This document shows, one piece after another, positions 1-13,100 of a stretch of 64,000 nt of DNA. The DNA is taken from contig MU058482.1 in assembly GCA_013265495.1 (NCBI GenBank), positions 96,962-160,961 on the forward strand, written 5' to 3'. Positions within the stretch are counted from its first letter, which is position 1, and each line of letters opens with the position of its first letter. The notes beneath the pieces were generated by a model, which searched no databases, was not told the origin of the DNA, and saw only the letters and a program-made list of their open reading frames with translations. Made by a program: the position numbers and the translations under genes. Source of the stretch: Vicugna vicugna (lineage: Eukaryota).

Positions 1-404
1 AGAATGTCATTCTAAGTGAAGTAAGCCAGAAAGAGAAAGAAAAATACCATATGAGATCGCTCATATGTGGAATCTAAAAAACAAACAAACAAACAAACAA
101 AAACAAAGCATAAATACAGGACAGAAATAGACTCATGGACAGAGAATACAGACTTGTGGTTACCAGGGGGGTAGAGGATGGGAAGGGATAGACTGGGATT
201 TCAAAATTATAGAATAGATAAACAAGATTACACTGTATAGCACAGGGAAATATACACAAAATGTTATGATAAATCACAGAGAAAAAAATGTGACAATGAG
301 TGTGTATATGTCCATGAATGACTGAAAAATTGTGCTGAACACTGGAATTTGACACAACATTGTAAAATGATTATAAATCAATAAAAAATGTTAAAAAAAA
401 AAAA
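1..404 (+). mobile_element. LINE-1 3' end (ORF2 terminus, 3'UTR, poly(A)), truncated by window edge
   Basis: Encodes ...[25 protein letters not shown], followed by AATAAA and an A-tail near 380-403. Highly similar to the copy at 2541-2940. Confidence 0.9.
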
Positions 405-1003
405 GGCTATAACTCAGAAACAGCCAGATGGAAGAGATGCACAGGGTAAAGTATGTGTGAAGGGGTGGGGAGCTTCCATGTCCTCTCCAGGCACACCATT
501 CTCTCCACATCTACACCTGTTTGCCAACCCAGAAGCTCTCTGAACCCTGTCCTTTGGGGTTTTATGATGGCTTTATTACATAGGCATGATTGATAAAGGT
601 ATTAGTTGGTGGCAATTTTTGGGGGGGTGGTAATTAGGTTTATTTATTTTATTAATTTTTAATGGAGGTAATTGAATCCAGGACTTCATGCATGCTAAGC
701 CCACATTCTGCCACTGAGTTATACCCTCCTGCACCATTGGTGACTGATTCAATCTCCAGCTTCTCTCCCCTCCCAGGAGGTCAGAGGAGGTGAGACCAAA
801 AGTTCCAACCCTTGAATCAAGTGATTGGTTCTCTTGGCAATCAGTCCCCTTCTTAAGGGCCATACAAAAGTCATTTCATTAACATGAGAAAAACCACCTT
901 TATCATTCTCACTACTTAGGCAATTTAAAGGATTTTAGGAGCTTTATACCAGAAATAGGAATGAAGACCAAATATTTATTTCTATAATAAATCACTTTAT
1001 CAC
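405..1003. mobile_element. MER21-like ERV LTR fragment, interrupted by a SINE
   Basis: 'aactcagaaacagccagatggaagagatgcacaggg...gaagctctctgaaccctgtcctttgggg' resembles the recalled MER21 consensus. Confidence 0.6.
618..728 (-). mobile_element. tRNA-Ala-derived SINE (vic-1-like)
   Basis: Reverse complement reads GGAGGGTATAACTCAGTGGCAGAATG...GGATTCAAT.. plus an AT-rich tail with AAACCTAATTACC, the same family as the + strand copies. Confidence 0.8.
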
Positions 1004-1059
1004 AATTGACTTTTAAAATGTTATGAACTTTTATTACAAATTAAACATGAGGCTTTAAA

Positions 1060-1625
1060 CCTGTACTATTTTACATCCCTTCCAGCAATGTATAGAAGTT
1101 CCAATTGCTCCACACCCTTGCCAATACAACTCATTGTCTGCCTTTTTTATTACTGCCATCTTAGTGTGTATTAACTGTTGTCTTATGGTTTTGATATCCA
1201 TTTACCTGATGACCAAACATGATGGGCATCATTTCATGTGTTTATTGGCCATTTGTATATTTTGTCTATAGAAATGTCTATTCAGATCATTTGTCTATTT
1301 TTAATTGGATTATTTGTCTTTTTATTGTTGAGCTGTAAGAGCTGTTTGTACACTCTAGATATAAACCCCATATCAGATATATGATTTGCAAATATTTTCT
1401 CCCATTTGGTAGGTTGCCTTTTCATTTTATTGATAGTATCCTTTGAAATACAAAACTTTTTAACTTTGAAGAAGTCCAATGTATCTATTTTATTTCTTGT
1501 GCTTTTGGTGTCACTTCTAAGAATCTGTTGCCAACTCCAAGATTATGAAGATTTACTCCTATGTTTTCTTCTAACAGTTTTATAATTTTAGCTTTTCCAT
1601 TTAGGTCTACAATTTATTTTGAATG
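1060..1625 (-). mobile_element. Older LINE-1 ORF2 3' fragment
   Basis: ORF 1282-1479 gives KDTINKMKRQPTKWEKIFANHISD, typical of L1 ORF2. Decayed. Confidence 0.85.
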
Positions 1626-2074
1626 AACTAATTACATAGAAGGTAAAAATGTAAATTGGCTATTGAAAATGTAGTAGAATTGCCTATTTGAGTTTGTGGC
1701 CAAAAATTTAAGGTGAGGCCATCTGTAAAACTGTGTGTTTTCCTTCATCTGGTGAAGAGACTGAAGAACTGAGTAGTAGTATTGTATGTATGGATCATTT
1801 ATGTGGATGATGGCAAATGCCAAAGTCTTAGAGGAAGGAGGTAGAGTGGCCAAGAGGACAGCTGAAGATACAACAAGAAAGGGTTGCAGGTGGAATAGTC
1901 TGATAGGATTTTCTTCAAAGAATAGAGGGGTTTTTTTTATGAAGGAGGAAAGAAAAATTATCTGAAGAATAGATTTTAAATATATATATATATATATCTC
2001 TGAATCACTTTGCTGTACACCTGAAACTAATACAAGACTGTAAATCAAATATACATCAAGTTAAAAAATTTTTT

Positions 2075-2960
2075 AAATGCTCAATATCACTAATTATCAG
2101 AGAAATGCAAATCAAAACTACAATGAAGTGTCACCTCACACCAGTCAGAATGGCCATCATTCAAAAATCCACAAATGACAAATGCTGGAGAGGCTGTGGA
2201 GAAAGGGGAACCCTCTTACACTGCTGGTGGGAATGCAGTTTGGTGCAGCCACTATGGAAAACAGTATGGAGATTCCTCAAAACACTAGGAATAGACTTAC
2301 CGTATGACCCAGGAATCCCTCTCCTGGGCATATATCCAGAAGGAACCCTACTTCAAAAAGACACCTGCACCCCAATGTTCATAGCAGCACTATTTACAAT
2401 AGCCAAGACATGGAAACAGCCTAAATGTCCATCAACAGATGACTGGATAAAGAAGATGTGGTATATTTATACAATGGAATACTACTCAGCCATAAAAACT
2501 GACAGCATAACACCATTTGCAGCAACATGGATGCTCATGGAGAATGTCATTCTAAGTGAAGTAAGCCAGAAAGAGAAAGAAAAATACCATATGAGATCGC
2601 TCATATGTGGAATCTAAAAAACAAACAAACAAAAACAAACACAAAAAAAAAGCACAAATACAAAACAGAAATAGATTCATAGACATAGAATACAAACTTG
2701 GTTGCCAAGGGGGCGGAGGGTGGGAAGGGATAGACGGGATTTCAAAATTGTAGAATAGATAAACAAGATTATACTGTATAGCACAGGGAAATATACACAA
2801 GATCTTATGGTAGCTCATAGAGAAAAAAATGTGACAATGAATATATATATGTTCATGTATAATTGAAAAATTGTGCTCTACACTGGAATTTGACACAACA
2901 TTGTAAAATTATTATAAATCAATAAAAAATGTTTAAATAAATAAATAAATAATTTCGATA
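2075..2960 (+). mobile_element. 5'-truncated, relatively young LINE-1 (ORF2 C-terminus, 3'UTR, A-rich tail)
   Basis: Open 170-aa frame 2105-2617 ([17 protein letters not shown]...[18 protein letters not shown]...). Sits in the tail of an older L1 3' fragment at ~1980-2075, with aaaaaattttt on both flanks as a possible TSD. Confidence 0.92.
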
Positions 2961-3904
2961 AAAAAATTTTTAAGAATAAAAGAACAATTATTTGAATCAG
3001 CAACTGTTAAATAAGTAACTTGTTAAAGGACACCTATCAAAACTTGAGTCCTAACATAGGAGAAAGAGCTTGCACTGTTCAGGAGATCTGCAGGAGACAG
3101 GCACATAGATTAGGGATGTAAAGGTAATGTGCAGAAAAGAGGTTGAGGATACTACTTGCAAAATGCTAGCCAGAGGGCATAGTGAAGAGTCAGAGAAAGA
3201 TAAGAGTTTGGCTAGGGAAAGTACCAGGCTCTAAGGAGATAAGAGGTAAATAGCAGTTTCAAAACTTCGAAGACTGAGATGAACAGGCAGACAGGACATG
3301 ATAAAATTAGACCGCCTGGTCTCTTTTGAGAGAGAACGGGGTAGGTAATGAGATCTAATTGTAGCTTCCTCTTGGAGTCTGATTTCTGTGCAATTTGTTG
3401 TGAGGGGCAGAATAATGGTCCCACTATGAACATGCAAGCTCTATTGGTTCCCTTCCCTTCTGCTGTGAGGGGTGTGAAGACTGGGACCGAAGGTCATATC
3501 ACACCGTTAATTCCCATTGTGATTACTGGGCGATATAATGTCAAAGTTTTTTTCAAGACCTTTTGTTAAGTTCCTCATCTTACTTCACTATATTGTAAAT
3601 TCCTCATAGGAAAGAATCATTACTCATATGGACCTTTTTATCTCATATTCATAGAGTATGTGCAATATCTCATAAGTATGATATTGCACATACTCTAGGT
3701 TATTGCCTGCTGATTGATTGCTTTTAGTAGAGAGTCAGTGACCTTTCAGGGGTGAGAACCATGTCACTTTGACCTTTGGAATGGAGACAACAGAATGGAG
3801 AGAAGGAAAGAGTCAAGGAATACCAATGAATGAGTAAGGTCAAAGAACGACAAAAATGTATCTCTTCTCTACACCTATAAAAAATTTCTATATGATTTAA
3901 CAAG

Positions 3905-4320
3905 CAACATTTTAATTGAGATATAAGTAACACATAACACTATGTTAGTTTCAGGTGTACAACATAATGCTTTGATATTGGTATACAACACAAAGTGATC
4001 ACCACAATGTCTAGTTAACATCCGTCACCATACAGAATTACAAAATTTTTTCTTGTGATGAGAACTTTAAAGATCTACTCTCTTAGCAACTTTCTAATAT
4101 ACACTACAGTATTATTAATGATAGTCAGCATGCTGTACATTATAGCCCGATGACTTATTTATTTCATAACTGGAAATTTGTACCTTTTGACCCTCTTCAC
4201 CTATTTGCCCACTCTCCATCCCCCAAAGCTGGCAACCACCAATCTATCCTTTGTATCTTTGAGCTCTTTTTTTGTTTGGTGGTTTGTTTGGTTTTTTTTT
4301 TAGATTTGACATATAAGTGA
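3905..4320 (-). mobile_element. LINE-1 3'UTR fragment
   Basis: 'ttagtttcaggtgtacaacataat...aagatctactctcttagcaactttc' is an antisense L1 3'UTR signature. Confidence 0.75.
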
Positions 4321-7300
4321 AAAAGCAAATTTTTTAAGTGTGCATCTTTCATGGATAATAAGATCAAAAACTATTGCTCCCAAAAAGGAACATCACCCAA
4401 GTGAAGTAAAAGATTAAGTATTGGATTCAGCAGCAGAATACCTGAGTTCAAGCCCTGGTTTAGGTGTTTACCTAACATGCAAACTCTGTGAAAATCACTT
4501 AACATCAAGTCCAATTTTTCTATAACACTCCCTGCCTCACAGAGGTGTTGTGAAGATCAAATGAAATAATAAGCGTGAAGAATTTTTCAAATGCTAAAGT
4601 GCTATGCAAGTTTTAACAATTGTTTTCATTTATTCTGTGGAGGAAATAGGAGCACACAATTTTGGAGCATGAGGGACTTCCAGAGAAGAAAAACCTGAGT
4701 GGGACACCTCAGTAGCAGTCTGTGTACGGTCCGAGGGAAGAGTCAGGCCAGGGGAAATGGCTACAAGAGGAAGGGGAAAGTCTAGAAACCATAATAAAAG
4801 GAGCTCAAAGATTAATTTCTCAAACTTGCTTTTTACTAATGACAGTAGTGATAGTAATTACCCTCTAATCCGTTGAATATAAGTTTATCTATATTGCCCT
4901 TGGTATATTATGCTGTGATAAAGTATCTCAATTCCAAATGTTCAGAGAATTATTATGGACAGCATAACTCTCTTCCTAATGTTTACCCTGATTGCCAAAG
5001 TGACAGTACAATAGAAGTCCCACATTACCCAAGCAGCAATATCTGTAAGTTCTGGAAACTCCAGATTTTTCACTACAGTCAAGTCTGGTCTCTGATCAAT
5101 GATAATGAATCCAAAAAGAAAACTGGGGGAAAGGACCCCAAGCCAAAAGTCCTTGGAAGAATTTTTGTTCACTTCTGACACTTTCCCTCTGTTACCATCT
5201 TCTCTTCCATACGCTGCTGCATGGAGAGTCAGCTAAAAGTCTTACTTCCAGCTCCATACCCTTTACTTTGGATATCCTAACCATCCCACAAAACTATTCA
5301 GTCTTGAAATTCAAAGTATAACCTTCATCTCTGTCCTCTGGATTCTTTTACCAAACTAAGCCACCAAACTCATATATCTAAGTAGAGAAAGCAAAATGAG
5401 AATTAGAGCAAGGGATTCTAAAATTTCACTGTTATCTGAAGTAATGAATAAGTAATGCCAAAAAATTATGAAGAGCCACGTGCTTTGCAAAGATTTCAAG
5501 AATTCTAAAAAATGTGACCATTTTTAATCATGTTTTATGGATGAGAAGACTGAGGCTCAGAGGTTAAATAACTTGCCCAAATTTACCACCTAGGATATTG
5601 GACCCTGTACTCAGACAATCTGACTTTAGAGTCCAAACACTTGACCTCTGGGGCAGAGCTGATTAAAATCTTAACTCCATTGCCCATATCTCAACTCTGT
5701 GTTTTTATATGGATTAGATAAGAAAACATGAAAGCCCCTCATCTAATCTTAGCACCTAGGAAGCCATCACTAAATAGTTTTTCACTTAATCATATATAAA
5801 TATATCCCAAAGATTTAGATGTTGAAGCTCTGCTTTCTCATAAAGTGCTTTTAGTGATGATTGCAAAGCTTTAACTTCAGTCCCCACAGAATTAACGTTT
5901 TCTAACTGGTGACTAGGGCAAGCTGATGTCACGTAAAACCTATATAACTCCACCAGTGCTGCAGCTGCCAGTCCCAGCTGCTTTCTTTCTCCACAGACTT
6001 CCCTTCAGCATGTGAAGGTGGAATAATCCATCTGAAACTAGCAAGACAAAACTTAAACCCAGAGTATGCCACGAAGGATACAGGATGCTTCAGTTATGGT
6101 GGTTCTGAATAATTAGGTCAAGCTGGATGTTAGAGGGGTTCTGGTAAACTAGCATGGCCTGCAGAAGCGGTTGGTAGTGGCTTCTAATCCCTGCTACTCG
6201 CCTCTACGGCCTGACAAAGTGCAAAAAATATACCGTTCCTATACCACATCTTCAGCCGACTGAAAGTCAGTTCTGGGAAATCTTAGTGCAGAGTGACATG
6301 TTGAAAAAATATGATAATAATATAGGTACAAAGTTGTGGTTTTGCAGAAATCCTGAAGGATCTCTGATAAAATATCACCAAATATATCTGCTGTGACCTG
6401 TTACCAAAAACTGCAAATAAGACCCAAGGGAACTTCAAGCGCTCTGATCTTCCTTATGAAAAGTTCAAGGTAAATGGGATTATTTGATTTGTCCAGCTTC
6501 AAATAAATTATTACTTCTACTGGAAATAATACTCTTGATATTGGAACTACAAAACTAACAATTCAGTTCTTTTTGGAGGTGCTAAGAGCATCAGAAACAA
6601 CCCAGGGTGAGTTTTATAAACATTTTAGTTTTATTCTATTTCTGCTTTTAGTTATTTTCTCCTATTTTTCTGAAACATATGCAGCAGACATCACATATTT
6701 TTGTATGTGAACCATGTTCTCGACATAAACTAACACCAAATTTCTACTGCAGGTGGACATATGTCCATTTTTCAAAACATTTTTTCCTGTGGCTCCATAG
6801 AAATAGAAAAAAATGATGGTGACAAAAAGTGTACTTTAAAATATGTACCCATATCCTCTGATGAGAGAATATAAGTCTTCATTTCAGATCTAGTTCTCAA
6901 TCTGCATACCCTTTTCTATCTGTGTAGGTGAAATTTTCTATACTGAATTTAAGATAAATCCCTGGCTCCATTCTTGGTCAGTTCTTCAGCTTTCAATTTT
7001 GCAGTCATCCTTTTAGAACTTAATAAATTACAAAGATAACAGACATGAATCATCAAACTTTTCAAATTGTTTTCTGGAGCAAAAGCTTTAAGTGAACACT
7101 CTAAGAAAAATTTCTAAATAGTAAAATCAATCTGTAGCTACATTAGGATATTACTACAGATGTTAATCCAAGCACCAGACACAATGAGTTTAAATTTAAT
7201 GATAAATGAATGATTTCTCCTGCCCCCAAATACCCTCTTTGTCATAGACCTACTTTGCTACTTCTCCAATTTGATGCTGTCATTAGTCTTTCCTCTAATA

Positions 7301-8779
7301 AAGACAACAAAAAAAAGCCATCATGTGCAGAAGAGCAGCATAATGAGGTACAGGAAGTATTAGAGAAGAAACGGTGATGGAGCAGAAGGGGAAATTTTTC
7401 TCTAGTCTTTTTCATAAGCAATGTGGAGTTGATTCATTTGTCTGGCTGAAAGCCTGATCTTGAGGGATGAGATAAAGCACCTGCAGTAACAGGAAGAAGG
7501 TAGTATCGGATGATAGGGCCCAAGGATCCAGGAGGGACATCTTTCTTGGGTGGGCCACCCCTGAAGGCTGCACATCGAGGCAGTGCAGTGGCATGTAAGA
7601 GGCAAGCTTAGAGAAGAGAGGCTCCCCACAGATGCCCACCCAAGCAGGAGAGGGAGATAGAAGTCGCTAAGACATATTTTGCTTGATGCCCCAATTACAC
7701 AAGTCACCACAAAAATTCAGATCAGAGCGGTGGTAGAGTAAAGAAAGCCTGGACCAAAAGTTAGCAGGCCCAAGCACTGGATCCAGCTATTACTCCAATT
7801 CTCTATAAACTTGGGCCAGTTGCTTTACTTCTCTGTGCCTTGTTTTCTCTATTAATTAACAAAATAAATAAATTATGTAAACTCTCAGATCCCCTTAAGG
7901 ACTAAGATATTGTGCCTGTATACAATGTATACATTTCATATAAGAATTAGTGATGCTTGGGTCAAAGTTAGGCTAATTTGAAAGAAAATGGAGCAACCAT
8001 TTTTGTTTTACCGTAGGCAGGTAAGGCAGACAACAGAATTGGACTTTAAAAAGAGCTGGGGATAATCTAGTCAAGACAGTGATGCTGTTAGTCCCCGGAC
8101 CTTGACCTCCAGTTTGAGAATGGGCAAGTCGGCCCTCAACTCAAAAGTGGATGGGAAGCAAGCCTCACTTTACCCTCTCCAGATTTTTTAAGGTTTCCAG
8201 GGTTTTATCCAGCCTCCGCTAAAGAATTGTTCTAAAAACACCACAGCTATATTTCTAGTTGTCCGGAGGCTTGGTGAAAAGCTTCTACCTTCTGCAAGCT
8301 AGATCACTGAAATTATAGTCTCAGGACAACATGGCAGAGCAAACAGGGAGGCAAGAGTTTGTGTTAGTGAAAAATGAAGTCAACAGGACAACAAAGAAAA
8401 CTGTGTTCAAGGCCAGAATTTGTGTAACCTTGGACAAATTGCTTATTTGGTGTAAGGAGAACCTTAAATCCCTCTCCTGGAAAAATCTATAACCTAAAGC
8501 TAGGCGTTGATATTTTACTGCAATAAGGGAGAAATAATTTATTTCTCCCCTGTCCAAGATTGTTTCATATATCTTAGTGAATCCATTTTTTCTATTCTGT
8601 TATTCCAAACATGTGTGTTTAGCACCTACTATCTGTCCTCTGTCCAATATAATTTAAGATGCTGAATGGGAATTTTAATGTAAAATATTTGACCAGAAAT
8701 TCAAGACAGAGAGAAAAGTCGTAAACATAGAAGAAAATTAAGTGGCCAAGTGACTGATTGATGCAGATGTTAAGCGTCA

Positions 8780-9120
8780 TTTTTTAATTGACATATACTC
8801 AGTTTATGTGTCAATTTCTGATGTATAGCATAATGTTTCAGTCATACATATATTCGTTTTCATATTCCTTTCCATTATAGGTTACTATAAGAGATTGAAT
8901 ATAGTTTCCTGTGCTATACAGAATAAATTTGTTGTTTATCTATTTTATATATAGTAGTTAGTATCTGCAAATCTCAAACTCCCAATTTATTTCTTCCCAC
9001 TCTCCCCATTACCCGGGGAACCATAAAAATACCATGTAATACCATTTATATGTGGAAACTTTAAACAGAGGACACACATGAACTTATTTACAAAACAGAA
9101 ACAGACTCACAGACATAGAA
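8780..9120 (-). mobile_element. LINE-1 3' fragment with inverted 5' part
   Basis: 8780-9025 is antisense L1 3'UTR. 9026-9120 is the adjoining upstream L1 sequence in sense orientation. Confidence 0.75.
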
Positions 9121-9168
9121 GTATTATTAATTTTTTAAAATTCTTGACAGGAGTATTCAACAGAGAGA

Positions 9169-10116
9169 ATGGAAGAGGCTGTCCTACTCAATCAAACTAC
9201 TTCGGTGACATATTTTCAGCTTAGAGGTTTATCTGTAAACCAGAAGGTGCAGATGGCTACATTTGCCATGTTCCTCATTTTCTACATTCTGACACTGACT
9301 GGGAACATCCTCATTGTCATAACTATTATCTATGACCCTTGGCTCCACACCCCCATGTATTTCTTCCTCAGCAACCTGTCCTTTATTGATGTCTGCCACT
9401 CCACCGTCACTGTCCCCAAGATGCTGGTAGACACCTGGTCAGAGGAGAAGTTCATCTCCTTTGGTGCCTGTGTAACTCAGATGTTCTTCCTGCACCTCTT
9501 TGCCTGCACAGAGATCTTTCTCCTCATTGTCATGGCCTATGATCGGTATGTGGCCATTTGCAAACCCCTGCAGTATATGACAGTGATGAACTGGAAAGTA
9601 TGTGTGCTGCTGGCTGTTGCCCTCTGGACAGGGGGAACAATCCACTCCATAGCCCTGACCTCCCTCATCATCAAGCTGCCTTACTGTGGTCCTTATGAGA
9701 TTGACAACTTCTTCTGTGATGTACCACAGGTGATCAAACTGGCCTGCACTGATACCTACATCATTGAGATCCTCATTGTCTCCAACAGTGGGCTGATCTC
9801 CGTGGTCTGTTTTGTGGTCCTCGTGGTGTCCTACACAGTCATCCTGGTAAGCCTGAGGCAACAGATCTCAGAAGGCAGGCGGAAGGCCCTGTCCACCTGT
9901 GCAGCCCATCTTACCGTAGTCATACTGTTTCTAGGTCACTGCATTTTCATCTATTCCCGTCCATCAACCAGCCTCCCAGAGGACAAGGTGGTGTCTGTGT
10001 TTTTCGCTGCTGTCACACCCCTGCTGAACCCCATCATCTATACCCTTAGGAATAAAGACATGAAGAATGCCCTGAACAAATTAATGGGGATGATGGAGAG
10101 GAGAGAAAAAAAATAA
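9169..10116 (+). CDS. OR4E1: Olfactory receptor 4E1, 315 aa, intact single coding exon
   Basis: OR motifs LHTPMYFFLSNLS, MAYDRYVAICKPL, KALSTC and PLLNPIIYTLRN. N-terminus MEEAVLLNQT matches recalled OR4E1. Splice acceptor ttcttgacAG at 9149-9150. Confidence 0.95.
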   Translation: MEEAVLLNQTTSVTYFQLRGLSVNQKVQMATFAMFLIFYILTLTGNILIVITIIYDPWLHTPMYFFLSNLSFIDVCHSTVTVPKMLVDTWSEEKFISFGACVTQMFFLHLFACTEIFLLIVMAYDRYVAICKPLQYMTVMNWKVCVLLAVALWTGGTIHSIALTSLIIKLPYCGPYEIDNFFCDVPQVIKLACTDTYIIEILIVSNSGLISVVCFVVLVVSYTVILVSLRQQISEGRRKALSTCAAHLTVVILFLGHCIFIYSRPSTSLPEDKVVSVFFAAVTPLLNPIIYTLRNKDMKNALNKLMGMMERREKK

Positions 10117-13100
10117 AAATATCCAACCCTTAAGATGCTTGGTGCTCCAAATCAAAGAAATGCCTTGCAAAGAATAAATGACATACCACATTTATCAAAC
10201 TATATAACTTATAAAATTATCTTCTGGCCCAATATCTGACAATCATAGCATGACTATTTTTTAATATCTTCCACAGGCTGGAAATTGTTCTAGGCATTTG
10301 GCAATTATTTAATTCTAACAACCCTCTGAGGTATGTATTACGCTTGTTTACACGAGCAGAAACCAAAGCTCAAAGAATGTAAATAGCATGCCCACAGTCA
10401 CCCAGCTAGGAAATGATGAAGGCAGGACATTAAGCCAAATGCATTAACACAAACTCATGCTGTTTTTCATTACATCATGCTTCCTCTCCCTGCTTTTGTC
10501 TCAGGGTGGTAACCAAGGTCTAAACAAACTTTCAGTTTTCTGGCCATGCTTGCCAACATCATTCAGTCAGATGCTGGCCTAAATAGCTTAGCAAACACTG
10601 GTAAAGGCAAAGTGAGTTTGCATAATACTTTACTAATATAGAAAGAAGACTTTAAACACTGAAGTTGCCGATATCCTCAAATGTCCAGGAAAAAAACTTC
10701 TATCAGAGCAATGAAATTGAGATAGCTTATTATCAATTCATTTGACAGATATTTACTGAACACTTATCATGTGCTAAGTACTAGGTTTATAACCATAAAT
10801 GAGACATATAGTCCTTCTTTCATGTAGTTTAAAATCTAGTGAAAATAGAAAAAATATATAAACAAAGTTTAATTATAGATCACGACAAACGCCGTGAAAG
10901 GAGATGCTCTTAGAGAGTTATAGAAGAGACTATCTTTAGATTGGTTAGTCAAGGAGGGCCTCTGTGAGGAAATGGCATTTAAGCTATGATCTGAAAGATG
11001 ATAAGGAGCCAACCATGAGAAAAGAGAAGTGATGGCAAAAGAAATGGCAGGTGTAAAATCTATGTTCAAAAAGACCTTGGCTTGTTCCAAGGGTCCAAGA
11101 AGTGAAAGGCCAATATGGTTACAGCTTAGACTGTGAGGCAGAGAATGATGATAGATGATATTGGAGAAGTAAAAAAAGAATGCTCTCATGTCCTCTCAAG
11201 GAGTTTGCAATATTTTTCAATACAGTGGGAAGCCACCAGAATGGTTCAAGCACAGAACAGATGTGATATGACTTGTGTTTTAATAAAATTATTCTAACTA
11301 TTATGTAGAGAATTAATTCAACTAAACATTTATTGCTAAACACTCAGTAGTCACTCAATATTGCACAAATGGTTGGGAGAAAATATTACGTTGAATAAAA
11401 CCTGGTCTATAATCCAGCAGTTTGAGTCGAGCTGTGGTGACACACATTGAACAATTGTGGTAAGTGCTCTAAGACTGGTACATGCTGAGTGGATCGGATA
11501 ACAGGGGACATGTAGAGGATATTCCAGGCAACAGTGTCTCACATCCCTGTTTATAAAAAGTACGGTGTAATAAGACCAAGTAGTTCAACAGACAGACCTA
11601 ATAACAGAGTCTCTCCCAAGATAACTCTCTGCATAGTATAAAACTACGTTTATTGGGACTGGTTGTTGGAATAACTAAACTGAATTTGAGAATTATGGAA
11701 TTTGTGTGAAATAAATGCTTTTACTATAGGCAATGGCAATCAGGAGATATAGCCCATCAAAGAGCCCTCATAGAATTGTCACATGCAGAAATCAGTGACA
11801 CAGAGGAACATCCGCAATGTAACAATAAGATGATGCCGCATGGCAGTCCTCAAGGTGGTAGCTGGCAAAATTATACTGGGGAAACGCTGTAGTGTTTGCT
11901 TTTTTAAATAGGTGCAAGCAAAATTTCTAATACTACCCTTCTTTAATCACAATAATTGTCACAACTGTGGGGAGGTAAAATAAAACATTAATCTTCATTT
12001 CACAGAAAAAGCTTTTTAGACTCAGGGATAAGAGAAAACGTGTTTAGTTACTCACTGAATAAGTAGGAGAGTAGACAGTAAAATCAAAATATCTTGACTC
12101 TTGGTTCTGTGGTTGACTTACTTTAAAGGGGGAACAGAGATCATTATTTATCATATAGAAATTTGTTCAGCAATTTTATATTCAACAACTGACTTCCTCA
12201 GGCTACAATCATCTTCTATGCAATATTTCCATAATAGAAATAAACAAATAAGGCATTAGGAATTTATTTCTGCATAAAAGTTACCAATGAGTATGAAAAT
12301 CTGTGCATATAAAAATCCAGAATGTAGAGGCATAATTAGGTCATTTTTCTAAGTTTTTCAAATGTTTTATAGTAGTGATATCTGGGCCTCATTTCATCAT
12401 AAATTTATAAAACTCTGATTTTGACTTGGGTTCTGTATGAAAATTGTAGGGGACTGACAATATGCTACATTTGTTTGAAAGTAATTATGTTTAGATATTT
12501 TCATGAACATCCCCCAGTTTATTTAATAAACTGCTTTTGATTCTTTGTCCTTTTGAGTACTTTCTGCCATTTCAATCATTTCTTACCTTTTAGCCAGAAT
12601 TAATGAGTCACTTACTCTGTATTGTGGATGTGGATGTCCATATTGTTTGGCACCCAGCCCCCCAGAGCATTATCAGCATTATTTCTACAAGTTAACAGAA
12701 CTTGGTAGAATAGTGACCCAAAGGCCTCAGTAAGTTCTAAATTCCTTTCAGAATAAGCAAAGAAAGGTTAGATATAGTTTTGTTATTAAGTTCACTCTAT
12801 TTCATTCCATTAGCTCCATTAAAACTGATATAACTATTTTATATGTCAGCTCTCCAATCATCTGTAGGGTCCTCTAATCCTAGTCCCTTTGGTCACAGTA
12901 TTTCATCATCCTCTTTACCTGAGGAATTTGCCATGGAGTCTTCTTGATATGGACTTGCCCATTTCACAATAAGCTGTTATCCTTCAGCACTTCAAAAGAG
13001 AGATAGTAGTTAATTCAGGGAGTCAACAGCTCCGATTCCTAAGCTAGTGGTCCCTTTCTCCATCTTTAAAGCCAGAAATATTGAATCTCTGTGGCTTTTG

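Noticed and set aside
2105..2617. 170-aa ORF as a host gene
   Set aside because: It is the C-terminus of L1 ORF2 in a 5'-truncated element.
1..2940. Similarity of 1-400 to 2541-2940 as a segmental duplication
   Set aside because: The similarity is confined to L1 sequence and the flanks differ, so these are independent insertions.
6210..6400. ~60-codon open frame containing WFCRNP
   Set aside because: No recognisable domain or supporting cysteine pattern. Probably chance.
9439..9861. Antisense or alternate-frame ORFs over the OR, TRAV1 and RNase genes (e.g. 9439-9861, 28931-29347, 46884-47258)
   Set aside because: Shadow ORFs of real coding exons, with no independent features.
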